From contig NC_043006.1 in assembly GCF_006345805.1 (NCBI RefSeq), positions 32,736,001-32,800,000 on the forward strand: DNA of 64,000 bases, read 5' to 3'. Of the stretch, positions 12,271-26,994 are shown piece by piece. The position numbers and the translations under genes are program-made. Source of the DNA: Octopus sinensis (Eukaryota). The notes beneath the pieces are model-generated. The model saw only the letters and a program-made list of their open reading frames with translations, was not told where the DNA came from and made no database searches. The number at the start of each line of letters is the position of its first letter. The stretch's first letter is position 1.

Positions 12271-12859
12271 TAGAGAGGGACTTAGGAGGTACTGACGGAC
12301 ACTACATATATAATGTCAAATATATAAATCGAACGAAGTAATATGTTTTCTAACGCACAGAACACCGAGAGTAGGTAAGTTAGACAGAACCACACATGTA
12401 CACATAGACGCATTTATACGCTAAAACAAAACAAAAAAAAAAAACACGCCCGACTATTCCTCTGTTGTGACTTGGTTTATTGAAATTTCTTGAGATTTCC
12501 ATTGTGAAATACATTTCTAAGGTTAACTGAAGCTTCACGTATTGTTCAGTTTAAATTTAGGCATGAAATGAATTTAGCTGTTGTCACTGTGGTTTTCTTA
12601 TCGACATCTATCTTGCTGAGGCTGCTACGATTGATTTATCGTTATTATTACTTGGTTGTAAATTATCGTGACCACCCGAAAGGTTACGAGCGTGCAGAAT
12701 CGTTTGCACGCCAACCAAACTCCCACTAGCATTTCTTAGAGCTTTATAAGTTCGAATTCTTCCGATGTTCGATTTTGGCATTTATATTTTTGAGGTCGAT
12801 AAAATAAATACCAGTTGATCACTGAATTCGAGATCATCGGCTGCCTATAGTAGATTAAA

Positions 12860-13660
12860 AAACATTTATTTTGATATCAGTTTCCTTTTAGCAGTGATTT
12901 AATAATTAAGTTTGCCATTTGGTCTTAGTTTGTTTCTATAGTACATTGCTATTCTTTAGTATTTGCCCCTAGTGTCATAGTTTGTTATTTACATAGCTTA
13001 CAAGACCAAACTTCCTCACGTTAGTTATATTTTACATAGAATTTGGTTAAAGGTGGATGTTTTTTGGATATGCTTTTGTTGTTCGGTTGTGTAAGACGGT
13101 AAATCGCTATAAATGCTTCTTTAGCATGTTTGGCCAACCAGAAGGAATATCTGTTAATTAATTGAACGTGGAATATAATAGTGAGAGCGTTTAGAAAATT
13201 CAAGATTTCAGTTAAATATAGAAATTACACTTGTCATCTGCAGTTTATTTAGTTTTGTGGTTCCTCATTAAAGATAGCTTGTTAGTGTAAAGTTGTTGTA
13301 GGTAATTTATCTCTTACACACGCTTTCATTGACAGTGTGTTTATCTGTCAATTAGGCAGAATATATTTTATGTGCGAGTGTAGTTGCGGTTTATTTTTGC
13401 ACGATATTTTCCTTTTACCGGATACTGTGACGACTGTAAGCTTTTCTGCAGAATTTGTTCTACTTCATTGTTGTCTAAGTTATTTTCCTATCCATTGTTG
13501 AATAGCTTGTTTTATTCTGTTAATTTAAGTAATGTAGAAGAATGCAAACGTTCTACCGAGTAAAGTTTTATAATTGATGTTTTATATCAATGGCTTTGTA
13601 ACAAATGACGTTGTTTTAAACAAAGCCTGTCGGGGAAACACGGACACAGTAAAAGTATTA
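12860..13660 (-). mobile_element. Penelope-like element 3' remnant (GIY-YIG endonuclease region), decayed
   Basis: Frameshifted minus-strand peptides KTSYSTMDRK (cf. KVSYSCMPN) and QYPVKGKYRAK (cf. CPLxGxC), characteristic of the PLE C-terminus. Confidence 0.5.
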
Positions 13661-13732
13661 GAAAGCAAAACTCAATCTTATGAATGTTATCAATAACATA
13701 TGCTTAAAATATGTGCACCACTTCTTTCTATC

Positions 13733-13930
<198 letters not shown>

Positions 13931-13984
13931 TAACTCTTTTACTCGTTTCAGTAATGTGTCTGCGGTCATGCTGGAGCACCACCA

Positions 13985-15160
13985 TGGTATTTCTAATTTC
14001 ACATCACCACTCCTGTATGTGCCTTCGTCCCCGCTGTTAGCTCATTTGGTTAGCCCTCGTCTGTACATCATCTCGGGCTGTTGGTTCATCTGATATTGTT
14101 GAGAGGAGGATGTCTAGTTCCTTTTTGAAGGCACCTATTTCCACTTTATGCAGATTTCTTAATTTGTATTGGAGGGCATTGAATATTTGTCGGCCTTTGA
14201 ATCCTAGACTATTGCAGTACCGGGTCCTGAATTTAGAAGGAGTGGATGATATCTTTGGTACAATACAATGGCGACCAGTTCTGGCATTTGTATAACACTC
14301 AATGCCGAAATTAGGTTTAAGCCTTTCTAGAGTTTTCCATATGTAGATTATTACTCATCTGTCGCGCCTTCGCTCTAGAGAATAAAGTTGCAGTTTTATC
14401 GGGCTATCCATGTAGCTCATCCACTGCACAATCTTTTTAGTGTAGTCGCGTTGGACTGATTAAATGTCCGCTGTTAGTTTGGCACGATGTGGTCACCACA
14501 ACTGGGAGAAGTAGTCCAGGCGGCTGAGAACAAAGGTTCTTCACGGGGTCAACATAGTTTCTTGGTCTCTTGTATTGAAGGATGTATATCAGTATCAATC
14601 CTGCCAGTCGTCTGCACTTTACTGCAATCTTGGAAACAAGCATATAAAATGATGCGTCATCGCACCTACTACCAGTGACTCTGGGAATGTAGTGCCTTCG
14701 GGTCACGTGTATGCAGGATGTAGTGCATTCGTGAGTTGATAGTGCAGTGCTTAAAATTTTTGCAGCATTAAACTGCATGTTGTTTATTAAGGCCCACTTG
14801 TATATCGAATTCAGGTCCCGCTGTAAGCTTGCAATGTCATCTTGATTTTTTTATTGCTTGTGATAATTTTGTATCATCGGCATAGCTAGTGCCAAAGGCT
14901 GTTCGAGCGACCGTGGGCATGTCTAAGAGGAATGTTATGAACAGTAACGGCCCCAAAATGGGGGACGCCACTTAGAGTTTGAATTTTCTCAGCTAGGGCA
15001 TCGTTGCCTGCAACTGTCTGACTTCTGTCTTTAAGGAAGTCATACAGCCATTCTCCCGGTTTACCAGGAATGCCAAGGTCTCGTAGCTTAGGATATGCCA
15101 TGCCATGATCTACTTTATTAAATGCCTTTGCAAAGTCAAGGTATATCACGCTGGCGTCTG
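13985..15160 (-). mobile_element. CR1/L2-clade LINE, 5'-truncated and decayed reverse transcriptase region
   Basis: Minus ORF 14886..15299 contains VIYLDFAKAFNKVDHG...KLRDLGIPGKPGEWLYDFLKDRSQ...SGVP; an ERRRDR motif near 14365 is typical of the CR1 C-terminus. Confidence 0.9.
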
Positions 15161-15174
15161 AATGTGTATGTATG

Positions 15175-15232
<58 letters not shown>

Positions 15233-15251
15233 ATGTGTGGTGGTGGGGGGG

Positions 15252-15392
15252 AATTAAATAAAAAGAACAAAAGACGAAGACAGGTGGTGTAAACAACAAA
15301 CAGATGTATTAGTATAACGCTCGGGAAGTAAAAAAGTCTTTAACGTTTCGAGCCTACGCTCTTCCACATAAAGGAACACAGAAAGAAACACG
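15252..15392 (-). mobile_element. PLE-derived subtype 1 element with decayed HHR (15338-15374)
   Basis: Minus strand CTTT-atgtgga-A-GAGC-gtag-GCTC-GAAAC-GTT-AAAG. Confidence 0.65.
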
Positions 15393-15728
15393 GAGTCCGG
15401 ATGGCCCTTGTGCAAGGACAATCCGAACACGGACAGGTGTTTCAAAGAGTGACCGGTAGAGCGGAAATGGCGCGAGACCGGGATGTCATTGCCGAGTCGG
15501 ATGTCTCAGATAGACATACGCATGGATAGCTGTATAATATATACATACGTATATAAGATGAGGATAAAATAACAGGGCAACTGAAAAATTTGGATATATA
15601 AGCAAAAATGCCTACTTTTAATTAATTTATACAACGAAATTGATGGTTGATATTTTCAGCATCGACTCCACTTTTGGTATCCAGGCTGTATGGTCACACT
15701 CTGTTTCACAAAAATAGTATGCGAGCCA

Positions 15729-15771
<43 letters not shown>

Positions 15772-16471
15772 GACAGAGAATGCGTGGGAAAACATGAAAG
15801 ACACCAAGCAAAATATTGGAAGAAGTAGGGTAAGAATGTGGTGGATTGAAACAAAATGCGTGTGTGTGTGTGAATCTGTATAACTCCGTGTATTAGCGTA
15901 TGCATGTATGAGGGCGAGAGAGAGACTATATGTAAAGCAGCGTGAAAGACAAAAGCTGTGACATTCAGAAACAGTTTGTTATAGAGAAAATGGTTCAAGA
16001 AGTGATAAAATCATTTTGTTGAAAAACGAAATCAAGTACAATACTAATATACATACACAGTTATGCTTACTTACATACACAGTTATATTTATACACGTAC
16101 ACACACACAAGAGGGTAAAGTAAATTGGGAGGGAGGGGGAAACGAATGTACAGAAGACATCTACAAAAGACTTGACAAATGGAGATAAGGATCATGGTAG
16201 AAGCATTATTGTATTTTCCACGAAAAACTAGCAAAATCTTCAGCAACGTTTCAGTTTTAAAGCATTTAAGATAACTGTCAGGATATCTTATCTGATTTGA
16301 TCAAGCATCGAACAGTAAACAACGAAGGGAAAATACAGGATATATTGTATGATAGCAGCATCTGATTGCAATATTGTTGGGAATTTGGTGTTGAGAAAAG
16401 AATAATGAAGAGACTCGGTGTTTAAAGAAGCAGTGAACATTTGTCTTAGAATGTTTGAAGTGGTGTATAGA

Positions 16472-16518
<47 letters not shown>

Positions 16519-16519
16519 A

Positions 16520-17403
16520 CAGGTTGCGATGGGTAAACTGTCATCATATTGTATTTTTAATTTCGCGCGTGCGCATTGTTTCTGATTTTGGCGACTACAC
16601 AGTATAGGAGGGTCAGTTGGGCACTGTTTGTGAGTAAAACAGCACCAAAACGCAATTCACTCTGCCAGAAATTTGGAAACGACATGCTGTACTACTTGGC
16701 ATCCGCACCGGACGCTCCAATACGAACAGATGTTGAACATACAGAACATACAGAACACCCATTGGCTTGCCGTGTCTCCAAAACATGTACTGAGAATGAT
16801 AAAAGTCAATCATCCAGTCAAAATCATGGTGTCTGGAGTGATCACTAGTGATGGCAACGTTATGCCGCCATTCATCTTCCCACAGGGCCTCAGACTCAAC
16901 ACGTACCTAGAGGAGGTAGTGCTGCCCTGGGTGAAGAGAGTGGCTGCTGGAAGACCCTATGTCTGGCAACAGGAATCTGCACGATGCCACACAAGCAGGA
17001 GAACTCGCGCGTGGCTGTCAGACAATTTCTACGTCCACATCATCTCTAACATCTGACCTCCTAACTCCCCAGACTGCAATCCTCTTCATTATTATGTGTA
17101 GGGCGCAGTTGTGCGAAGCAATTGACCAATAAAACTCCTTGTAACACCAAAGATGAACTGAAGGCAAGGATTATGGTAGTATTCATCAACTTAAAGACGG
17201 AGACCGTACAGAAGAGCTACAGACTCCGAAGTCGTCTGGAGACCGCGGCTGAAGCGAATGGCAATTTTATAGAATAAATTTACACTTTAGTATTTCAAGA
17301 TATCTTCATGCAATTTTGGTAAATATATCTGTTAAAATGAGAGATGTCACAGTTAATTTCATTTGTGCATAATTCAGACGACAGTTTTCTTCATCGCATC
17401 CTG
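16520..17403 (+). mobile_element. Tc1/mariner superfamily, maT/DD37D-like, internally deleted
   Basis: TIRs caggttgcgatgggtaaactgtc / gacagttttcttcatcgcatcctg with TA flanks; peptides VMVSGVITSDG-VMPPFIFPQGLRLN, PYVWQQESARCH, PPNSPDCNPL. Confidence 0.9.
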
Positions 17404-20032
17404 TATATATTTATATGTATTCTTTAATACTTTGATTTATATTGTATTATGGATGCATAATCTTTGAGAAACAGGCGATAAAAACACTATAATTTATTAG
17501 AAGATTAATTTACTTGATACAGTAATATAACAACTCTAATGCATTCATTCACAAAAGCTGCAACATGAAATTCCACGAAAATTGTCTTCAGATTAGAAGT
17601 CCTTTTATTATTGACCATTCGATAAGAGAATCCAAAAAGAAAAGCAGCAGGCCTGCCGATGGTATTACAACCTGCAAAAACTTCACACGTGCGCTCAATA
17701 TACTTTAAATATTTCAGTATTCTGTGTTATGTAGAATAAAATCTTAACCCCACCAAATATTTTGGTAATTAAAAATGATATATTTTAAAAATATTCACAT
17801 GTTACAGGATTAGACCGAGGCCCTGTTAATATCACTATTTGACTTTCCAAGTAGGCTTCGCCATTGTTGTGTAATACGTGTTTATGAAGAAATTAATAAT
17901 TCTAGCATCATTATTCTATCTTACAAATATCGGAGTGATCTAACTTTTTTCAATATATGCTTTTTTCTTTAAGTCAGCAGTGTTAGAGAGTGTTTGTCAA
18001 CTACTTTTAACAAACCTAGATGCCATATCAGGGTTTCCTATTACAATATAGTGAGCCTAGACTTTTTTTTTGCAATAGTTACTTAGTCAATGTGCGGAAG
18101 TTTGGATTTATTATTTTTTTATATATTAAACATCGACCATTTTAAAATTATAACCATTTATGCTATGAGTAAGAGGTCAAAGAACGATGCAGATTTCCAA
18201 ACGTCCATGTTTATGGATTTACAATTTTAGTGCGAGAAATAAAACGCGATAGTCATAAATCTTTAAATAAAGTGTGCAAGGTTAAAATACAAGCTCACAA
18301 AATCGATTTTACCTTACATACTTATTCAGCTCAACATAAACCCTACTTGTATAATAAACTGAAATTCGCTACCAACTATCAAAGAACCATATATTAGGAA
18401 TGCATGTATTACATTTATAGCCGGTCACACAAATATCATCGAATATTTAGGTTAACTTATAAAACAAATTCATTTATGATTAAGTACAGCTTATATCAAA
18501 CTGCATAGAAGAAAATATTATTGCTTCATCCCTACTGAACAAATAAATTAAAGGTATAACAAATAAAAAATGCTCTTTAAATTCAGATGAGTCAGTTGAT
18601 ATGGCTTGCGAGAAGCATTTACGTTCGTTAGTTTGATTTTACAAGAAACAACAAAGTGAAATTGTATTATAGAGTGTCACTTTAATTCTTGTTGTAAAAC
18701 TACGAATGGAAAAGTTGCAACAGCTCGCGAAAAATTATCGAGCAGGGTTTAAATTAATATTACCAACTGATTTGCTATTGCAAAAGACGGGATTTCTGAA
18801 ATTTCTCGTCTGAATAACTCTCTCTCTCTCTCTCTACTCGATCATGAAATGAATCTAAACTTGATTCTCATAAAAAGCATTTGCCATTTCCTCCACTTGG
18901 CATTTTGCTATGTTGCTGAGGTATTACCTTCTAGAAACGACTAACTGTTAACAAAAACTTGCGAGAAACTTCCAGGAAATATACATTACTGAGCATGTTT
19001 CACCTTTCAGCCTCAAGATGATTAGAGAGAATGAACTGAAGAGAATTCTTAGCCAACAGAATTGCATCTGATTCTATTCAAATAAAATTTTCTAGTTTAC
19101 GACAAGTATTATGCAAGAAAATAGCACGTGGCCCATCCAGACGCAACTAATGAATTTTATTTAATATTTATGAAACTGGTATTGAATGAATTTCTAAATG
19201 ATTAATTGGCAGTTGTAAATATCAGTTAACTGCAATGACTCGGACCAACTGCGCAGTTTTGCATTATCTATGATTACAGGCAGTTTGAATATGTCAGTCT
19301 TGAAGCGAATTTAGATATTGAACTCCAGTACATGGTACGTCAAAACTTGACTTTGGATTCAAATTATCCAACATTTTGACATATATAAAACTCATCGAAA
19401 GACATTTCTCAGAAAAAAGGAAATGCTGTAGAAAACGGCGTCCAAGTTATTTCCTACAGATGGAAAAAGAAAACTTGAACCGCCTTGGTTAAAAGATTCT
19501 TGTTAAGGAGCTAGAATTTTGGTTAAAAATGCAGCTGGTGGAGCTGAATTGTAAGATTTAGCAGGATATGTATTAGTTAGTTACAGTGTGCAAACAGTTG
19601 AAACAGTGTCCAAGAGTGACCTCCACTAAAATTCAGAAAATTATGGCTTGGATGGCGAGCATTTAATGTCTGTGGATTACTGAGTTAATTATATGTAGAT
19701 ATGTTTGCCTATATGTGTATATATATGTCTGCACGCGCGTATATATGTGTATGCATGTATATATATTAATGTGTGTGCGCGTATGTGTGTGCACAGAAAC
19801 AAGCCCTCACACGCATACCATTTATGAACAAGTATTAACTAGATATACATATGACATGCGCAGAATCCATTATATATGATTAATTGCTTAACAGGGTCTC
19901 CCAAGCGTATAATTTACGTTAAACTTTGAAATATGTGTGCTGTCATTTGGTTTCCGCATCATTCGGTTCGTATGAGAGGATCATTAAGAAATTAGTTTTA
20001 ATGTCAAGGAGTGAGGCTACCTAAACAAATAC

Positions 20033-20157
<125 letters not shown>

Positions 20158-20365
20158 TCGATAATACCACAAAGCTATAAATATATAAACCTCTAATATT
20201 TGAACACTGTATCATTATGAGTCGGTGGTTTGATATTAAAATCTGGTGATGTTAATCATCGATTTATATTAGATAATACAAAAAGTGATTAACAAAAGAT
20301 TATGAACGCTAGTTCTGCCAATATTGTTAGATTAGAATAGGTGTCACGATATTGTGAAGAAAAAA

Positions 20366-20785
20366 GGCGGTGAGCTGGCAGCAACGTTAGCACGCCGGGC
20401 GAAATGCTTGGCGGCATTTCGTCTGTCTTTACTTTCTGAGTTCAAATTCTGCCGAGGTCGACTTTGCCTTTCATCCTTTCGGGGTCGATAAATTAAGTAC
20501 CAGTTACGCACTGGGGTCGATGTAATCGACTTAATACCTATGTCTGCCCTTATTTGTCCCCTCTATGTTTAGCCCCTTGCGAGTAATAAAGAAATAGGCA
20601 TTTCATCTGCCGCTACGTTCTGAGTTCAAATTCTGCCGAGGTCGACTTTGTCTTTCATCCTTTCGGATCGATAAATTGAATACCAGTTGCGTGCGTACTG
20701 ATGTCGATCTAATTTACTGACCCGCTCCAAAAAAAAAAAAGAAAAAAAGAAATTTGGCCCTTGTGCCTAGCGTAGAAAAGGATAT
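20366..20785 (+). mobile_element. SINE family A dimer: head-body-tailA-body-tailB
   Basis: Core present twice (about 20453 and 20635); one TSD, gatattgtg-aagaaaaaa at 20348 and gatattgtg-gacaaaaaa at 20781. Confidence 0.9.
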
Positions 20786-20944
20786 TGTGGACAAAAAAAT
20801 AAAACACGAATAACTGAACGATTTCAATGGCTCCGGTCTTAGCATAATATACTTTATTATTGTTGGTAATTGTTTTGCTTTCAACATAAATTCTAAGACG
20901 TGTCGTATCTTTTATGCGAGCATGTTGCTTTGTAATGATTTTTT

Positions 20945-21125
20945 CTTATGATATGCTTCGCAACATTTCGCCCGTTATTACGTTCTCAGTTCCAATGCTG
21001 CTGGGCTCAACTTTGCCTTTCTTCTTTTAAGGCTTGATACCATAAGTATCAGCTGAGTAATAGGACCATGTAATCGACTAGGCCCCTCCCCACAAATTTC
21101 AGATTTTGTGCTTGTAGGAGAAAGA
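20945..21125 (+). mobile_element. Diverged SINE family A copy
   Basis: cgttctcagttccaatgctgctgggctcaactttgcctttc...aaatttcagattttgtgcttgtaggagaaag. Confidence 0.65.
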
Positions 21126-21760
21126 ATAATTCTTACTAATTATTCTAGAACATAAGGATTCTATAGATAGCCAGACGTGTTTACAAGTGCATATAAATAT
21201 TTCTAGTGTAAAAAAAGAAAAACCCACAACTCTGCTGTTAACCCTGTACTACATTGACATCAGCAACGGCAAGAGTTCCAAATGCTTTTGCATAGCTCAT
21301 TCCCTGAATTACTTTGCGCAGTAATCCCTCGATTATAGCGAGTGTTATGTTCCCCACCCCACACCGCGATAGGTGAAATCTACGAAGTGGAAACAGTACT
21401 GTACTGTGTATATATTTAATTTGTTTTTATAATTTGCATATATCTATTTTATTATAAATGCAAAACAACACCACACACTCGCCTCCCAAGTTTCGTTTTC
21501 CATACAGTATGTGCGATTCTTTGTTTACTCATCTACGGTACGCTACGTAATTTCTTTTGATTTATTTTAATTAATGTATTACACAGTGCAGTATTCTGCT
21601 GTATTTTTATTTATTAATTTATTAATTTTTAGGCGTGAAAATGCTTATTTTGCCATAGAAATAATTAAAATCTAATAATATATAAAAACCTATCGGCCGC
21701 AAAAACCCGCAATGTACTGAGGACGCAATAGGTGAAGCGCGATAAGGCGAGTGATTACTG

Positions 21761-21761
<1 letters not shown>

Positions 21762-21796
<35 letters not shown>

Positions 21797-21859
21797 CTAT
21801 ATATATATATATCTATATATATATATATCTATATATATATATATCTATATATATATATA

Positions 21860-21915
<56 letters not shown>

Positions 21916-21976
21916 TAAAGGGTGAAATATAATTAATTTAATAAAATCAACAAATTCACCGAAATACTACTTGGTG

Positions 21977-22070
<94 letters not shown>

Positions 22071-22084
22071 TAGATAGATCGATC

Positions 22085-22136
<52 letters not shown>

Positions 22137-22160
22137 CACACACACACACACACACCACAC
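21762..22160. repeat. (TA)n and compound (TA)(GATA)(GA)(CA) microsatellites around a 70-bp insert
   Basis: Direct reading; unique insert at about 21912-21985. Confidence 0.9.
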
Positions 22161-22587
22161 ACACATACAAACAAGTCAGCACATGCATGTAAGATAAGGT
22201 GGAAAAGGAAAGGAGTCGAATACGAAAAGGGACCAATCTGTATGGATGTGCATAATCGTCTAAAACAATCTTTAAAATAGACATATTTCGAATAAATGCA
22301 GGAAAGCATAAATTTCACCAAGCGATCATGATTAATTGTGCTCAACAGATGTTTCATCACAATAACTATTATAGTATATATAATTACATATTGTCGGTAG
22401 CATGGACCCACTATCAACCTCATGCTAAGAAAAAATTCACCACTGCTTGTATAGTAAAACAGAGATCGAAAAATCAATGGTGTTGCAATAAATGAATAAC
22501 TGTCGCTGTATGTATCACGAGCAGTATTTGATTTAAATAGCTGTGTATCTTCTTTAATGCAAATACATGACAAACAGTGGGAGACAT

Positions 22588-22890
22588 ATGGCCTAGTGGT
22601 TAGAGCTTCGGACTCGCGGTCGAGGGAGGGTGGGTTCGAATCTCATACTGGGTGATGTGTGTGTTTACGTGCGAAACGCCTAAGCTCTACTCAACTCCGG
22701 CAGAATGGCGAACGTCTGCTGACTCTATCGCCACAACTTTCTCTCACTCTTTCCTCCTGCATCTGGCAGCTCACCTGCGACGAACCGGCGTCCCGTCCAG
22801 GTGGGAAACCTATACGCCAATGAAACTGGGAAACCGGCCCTTATCAGGCAGGCTGACTCGAGACGGAACAAACAACAACAACAACAACAC
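22588..22890 (+). mobile_element. tRNA-derived SINE family C with (AAC)n tail
   Basis: A box tggcctagtggttag, B box ggttcgaatc, then body and an aacaacaac tail. Confidence 0.85.
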
Positions 22891-24569
22891 ATTACAAACA
22901 GACAAATTAACCTCAGTATTTGTCCGTAGTGCATGTAGCATTTTTACCCTTGTTGTTGGTCAATTGTTGGTCATTTTGTAATGTGTCTGCATTAAGTATG
23001 AATTGCAAAGAGCTATTTTAGTCTTTCTTCGATATTTACAATCGAAATGTCAAACAGTAAATTGAGTAGCAATTTGATTCCTCTAGAAATGGAAATACAA
23101 ATTTTAAATCAGTATCGAAATGGCAAAACTCGACGAAATGAAGATCTAGTTTAATATAAACGAAAAAGCAAGGAGAATTAAACGAAGTAACAAATCAGAG
23201 CCAGCAAAATCGTAGGATATTTAAGTCACACAACAAACATGCCATTTTGGATAGAAGATTATGTGGCGAAAAGTAGTAAGACTTTTTAATCAAATTAACA
23301 ATAGAAGCCAGGCGTCTCATCGATCACACTATAAATTACTGGGTAGAATTGGATGACTTGAAATATATAAAAATCAAAGGTCTAGACATCAAATTACATG
23401 ACAAACGATAAAACGATAAAACTGCGCTAGAAAGTGACATACAGTTAGAGAAAAGATTAAGTAGGTTTCAAGTACTTTAATACTGACAAATGATGTCCAT
23501 TCTAGTAGACAGTTCAAAGAAATATTTAATTCAAAGAAGCGATAATTATGGTTACTGGACTCAAATCATCTGGCGATCAAGAGACATTAGTATTATTGTA
23601 TGATAAATGCATTAGGAGAATGTTCTCAAAGTGCAACTTAGAGAATATGGCATCGCAACTTAACACCGGTTTTAGTACCAGTGTAAAAGCATACGTGGAC
23701 TAAGGTCAACAGAAATACACACAGACACGTACACACACATGCGTGTATGTATAATATATATGTGTGTGAGTGTGTGTGTGTTTGTATTTCATTTCCATTT
23801 CAAAAATAACATTTTAATGATAATGTCATTAAACAACGTACATTCCTTGATTCCATGATTTCAAATTCATCGAAGATTCACGAAACCATTCAACAGAGTA
23901 CATTAAGGAACAACTGTCTAAGCTTGTGCCTGTATGCCTGTGCGCGCGTGTGTGTTGTTGTTGTTGCACTTGTGCGCATGCATATATATATATATTTATA
24001 TATATACATAGACAGAGTTTACGAAAAAAAAAGACGAAGACTATAAACAAATTATCTGCGAGGTTGTTTGGCAAGCAATTAAACGTCCATAATGTACGTA
24101 TGTAAGTATGTATGTATGTATGTTTGTATGTATGTGTGTGTGTGTGTTTATATATATATATGTGTGCGTGTGTGTGTGTGTGAGTAAATATATATATATA
24201 AGTACATATATGTATGTACTCATATACGTATATGTATTTATATGCGTACGCGCATTTTACAGTTCTTTCTCCCATCTACATCCACGGTAGTTGTTAAGGG
24301 ACAGAGGCGTAAACACACCAGCACTGGTTATCAAGTCTATGTTTGAGCAGTTGAGGTCAAGTCCTGATTGAGATGTCCTGGATGAGCTTATTATCACTCA
24401 CTTTGTCAATTTTGTCACTATTTGTACGGAAAATTTCATCTGTTCAGCAGCAGCGGATAAATATTAGACAAATTTCACTGCAGCAAGGATAGACCTGCTG
24501 TTACCGTCCTGGTAGTCGTTACTTTGCTACTCTTAGTAAGATTTTGATGTCAAATCTTTGGAACAAGCC

Positions 24570-24762
24570 GAGCAAGTTCGTGGAATTAGGTAATTTGACG
24601 ATTACATCGACTCCAGTGTTCAACTGGTACTTATGTTATCGACTCTGTATTAGTAAAAAGTCAAAGTCGACCTCGGCGGCATTTGAACTCAGAACGTAGC
24701 GACGGATGAAACGCGGCTAAATATTTTGCTCGGCACGCTAACGGCACTGCTATTTCGCCGCT
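24570..24762 (-). mobile_element. SINE family A variant (tailC)
   Basis: caaagtcgacctcggcggcatttgaactcagaacgtagc core; gcaagttcgtgg tail shared with 31724-31910. Confidence 0.8.
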
Positions 24763-26207
24763 TTATTTATCAATCAGACTTCTGTTGAGTTGGCTGCAAG
24801 CATACATATGACCACTTCATTTTCCCGAGTTATAATATGGGTTTAGATCTTGAAGAGTCACAACAGATATGAACTTTAGAATGAGACATATGTAGAAGAA
24901 ATGCACCAAGCATTTCTTATTGCCAATATCTTTAGAAAACAGAAATAGAGATTCACAGAAGTTTTGCAATGTTAGTCCAACTACTTAGTTTGGATGATTT
25001 GTTTTTCTCATAGACTCACATGTATGGAGGCTTCAACTGAAATTCTATTCTGCAGTGAAATATCTTAGTGTCTGAATAACCATGATAGAATTCCAGAAAT
25101 GATCTGGAAAGGGCTACAGTGAATGAGAAAGTGGTTGAGTTCAAAATTAAACTGGTCATCATCATGGATATGATATGTACGTGCGTTTGTCTGTTGTGTG
25201 TATATATATATATGCAAATATATGAATATATGCAAACATATAGATACTACTCGTATATACATGCACACACACACACACGCACACAGACACGCACACACAT
25301 ACGCACGCACACACACACATGTATATATACATATATAACTTACTGCCTTTATTAACATGCATATATAAATTTATATATATTTACATGTGTTTATATATAT
25401 ATATATATATATATCTATACGTATATGCATTTACACAAACACACATTGATATATATATATATACATATACATATACATGCATACGTACGTACATACATGC
25501 ACACATACATGCATACATACATACATATATACATACATACATACATGTCTGTGCACGTGCGTGTGTGTATGTATAAACATTGAACTAAATTTCAATTTAG
25601 ACCTTATTTTCTTGTGGGATTCTTCATTGTGAACGAAATTATTAAAGATTTCAAATTTTTTAACAGCAAAAGTTTTCTTTTATACGAACAACGCTGTTAC
25701 TTAGAAATTCTGGTGTCTGTAATTTCCCACAAACACCCTTTTCCAAACTTCTGATGATAATTCCAGTAATCTCTTCTAGTTGTAGAAATGAGAAAATTGC
25801 ATGTTCCTAAAAATTATCCTTTTAAAGTCTTTGTTAAGTAATTTTTGACACTAGAGATTATCCTCATCTAAACGGTGTCTTTAAATTGCCTAATCCGATA
25901 AGTTATGGATTTTAAATGGATTTGTTTCTATGTAGGCTCAAGGATTTCTAGTCTGGTAAGTATTGCTGTTTAAATAGTTATAGAATCGCGCATTACAAAT
26001 CAATATTAATCTAGAAACAAAATCTCGATAGTCAATCATATTTGATGAAAACCTTTCAATTGATTACATCAACCTCAGTCACCCAGGACCCATAAAAGAC
26101 CAAGTTGTGCTCAAAAGGATTCGAGAAATGACTTAATACTGCCACATGTTTTCCTCTTTGATCAACCATCCACGAAAATAAAATAAAACAATCGAACTAA
26201 TAAAATA

Positions 26208-26606
26208 AGAGCAGGCATGGCTGTGTGGTTAAGAAGCTTGCGTTGGAATCAGGTTTCGTGTCCAGTCTTACTACCTGGCACCTGGGGTAAGTGTTTCTAC
26301 TCTAGCCGAGGAACGAACAATGCAGTGTGAGAATTTACCCGGCGGAAACTGTGTGGAAGTCCATCGTATATGTATATTGATAAATATTTGGATGTATGTA
26401 TGACTTTGCTTTTGTGTTTGTCCCCCTCGCTAATGCCATTTACCAACCGTTGTTGGTTTGTTTACATTGTCGTATCTAGCGGTTCGCTAAACCGATAGAA
26501 TAAGTAACAGACTCTAAAATCACTAAATACTGAGGTCGTCTGGTTCGACTAAGCCCTTCAAAGTGGTGCTCTGCATGACTGCAGTTCTATAACTGAATGA
26601 AGTACA
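26208..26606 (+). mobile_element. tRNA-derived SINE family B, diverged, near full length
   Basis: gcaggcatggctgtgtggttaagaagc head through to the ...aaagtggtgctctgcatgactgcag tail. Confidence 0.8.
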
Positions 26607-26994
26607 ATAATAAAAGATGCAATGCGTACATAATTTTGTGCACGATTAAGATTTGAACTCAAACACGAAAATAATATTGAAAATAGCGCAACCATCTTCA
26701 CTAAACTTGAAAACATCCACACCCCATGCAATTCCACGCGTGTACAAACATACGCACAAACCAAAATACAATACATAAGCTTTTACATTGAATATCGATT
26801 CACTGAACACATTCATCAGGCATTCAAAAGACATTGTAGACAACATCTATTTCTGTTCTGGATTCAACATCATGGGGTTTTGTTTATGGCCGGTTCAAGC
26901 CTGTCAGGGCCACTCGCTGTCCAATGCACAAACTATCTCGAGCAAGAAGCAATCAGTATTTTCATATATCCATATTTTATATTTATTCTTTAAG

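Noticed and set aside
22588-22660. tRNA genes here and at 40516 and 60872
   Set aside because: A/B boxes are present, but there is no complete cloverleaf; 22588 and 60872 run into SINE bodies and 40516 is a truncated copy of the same head.
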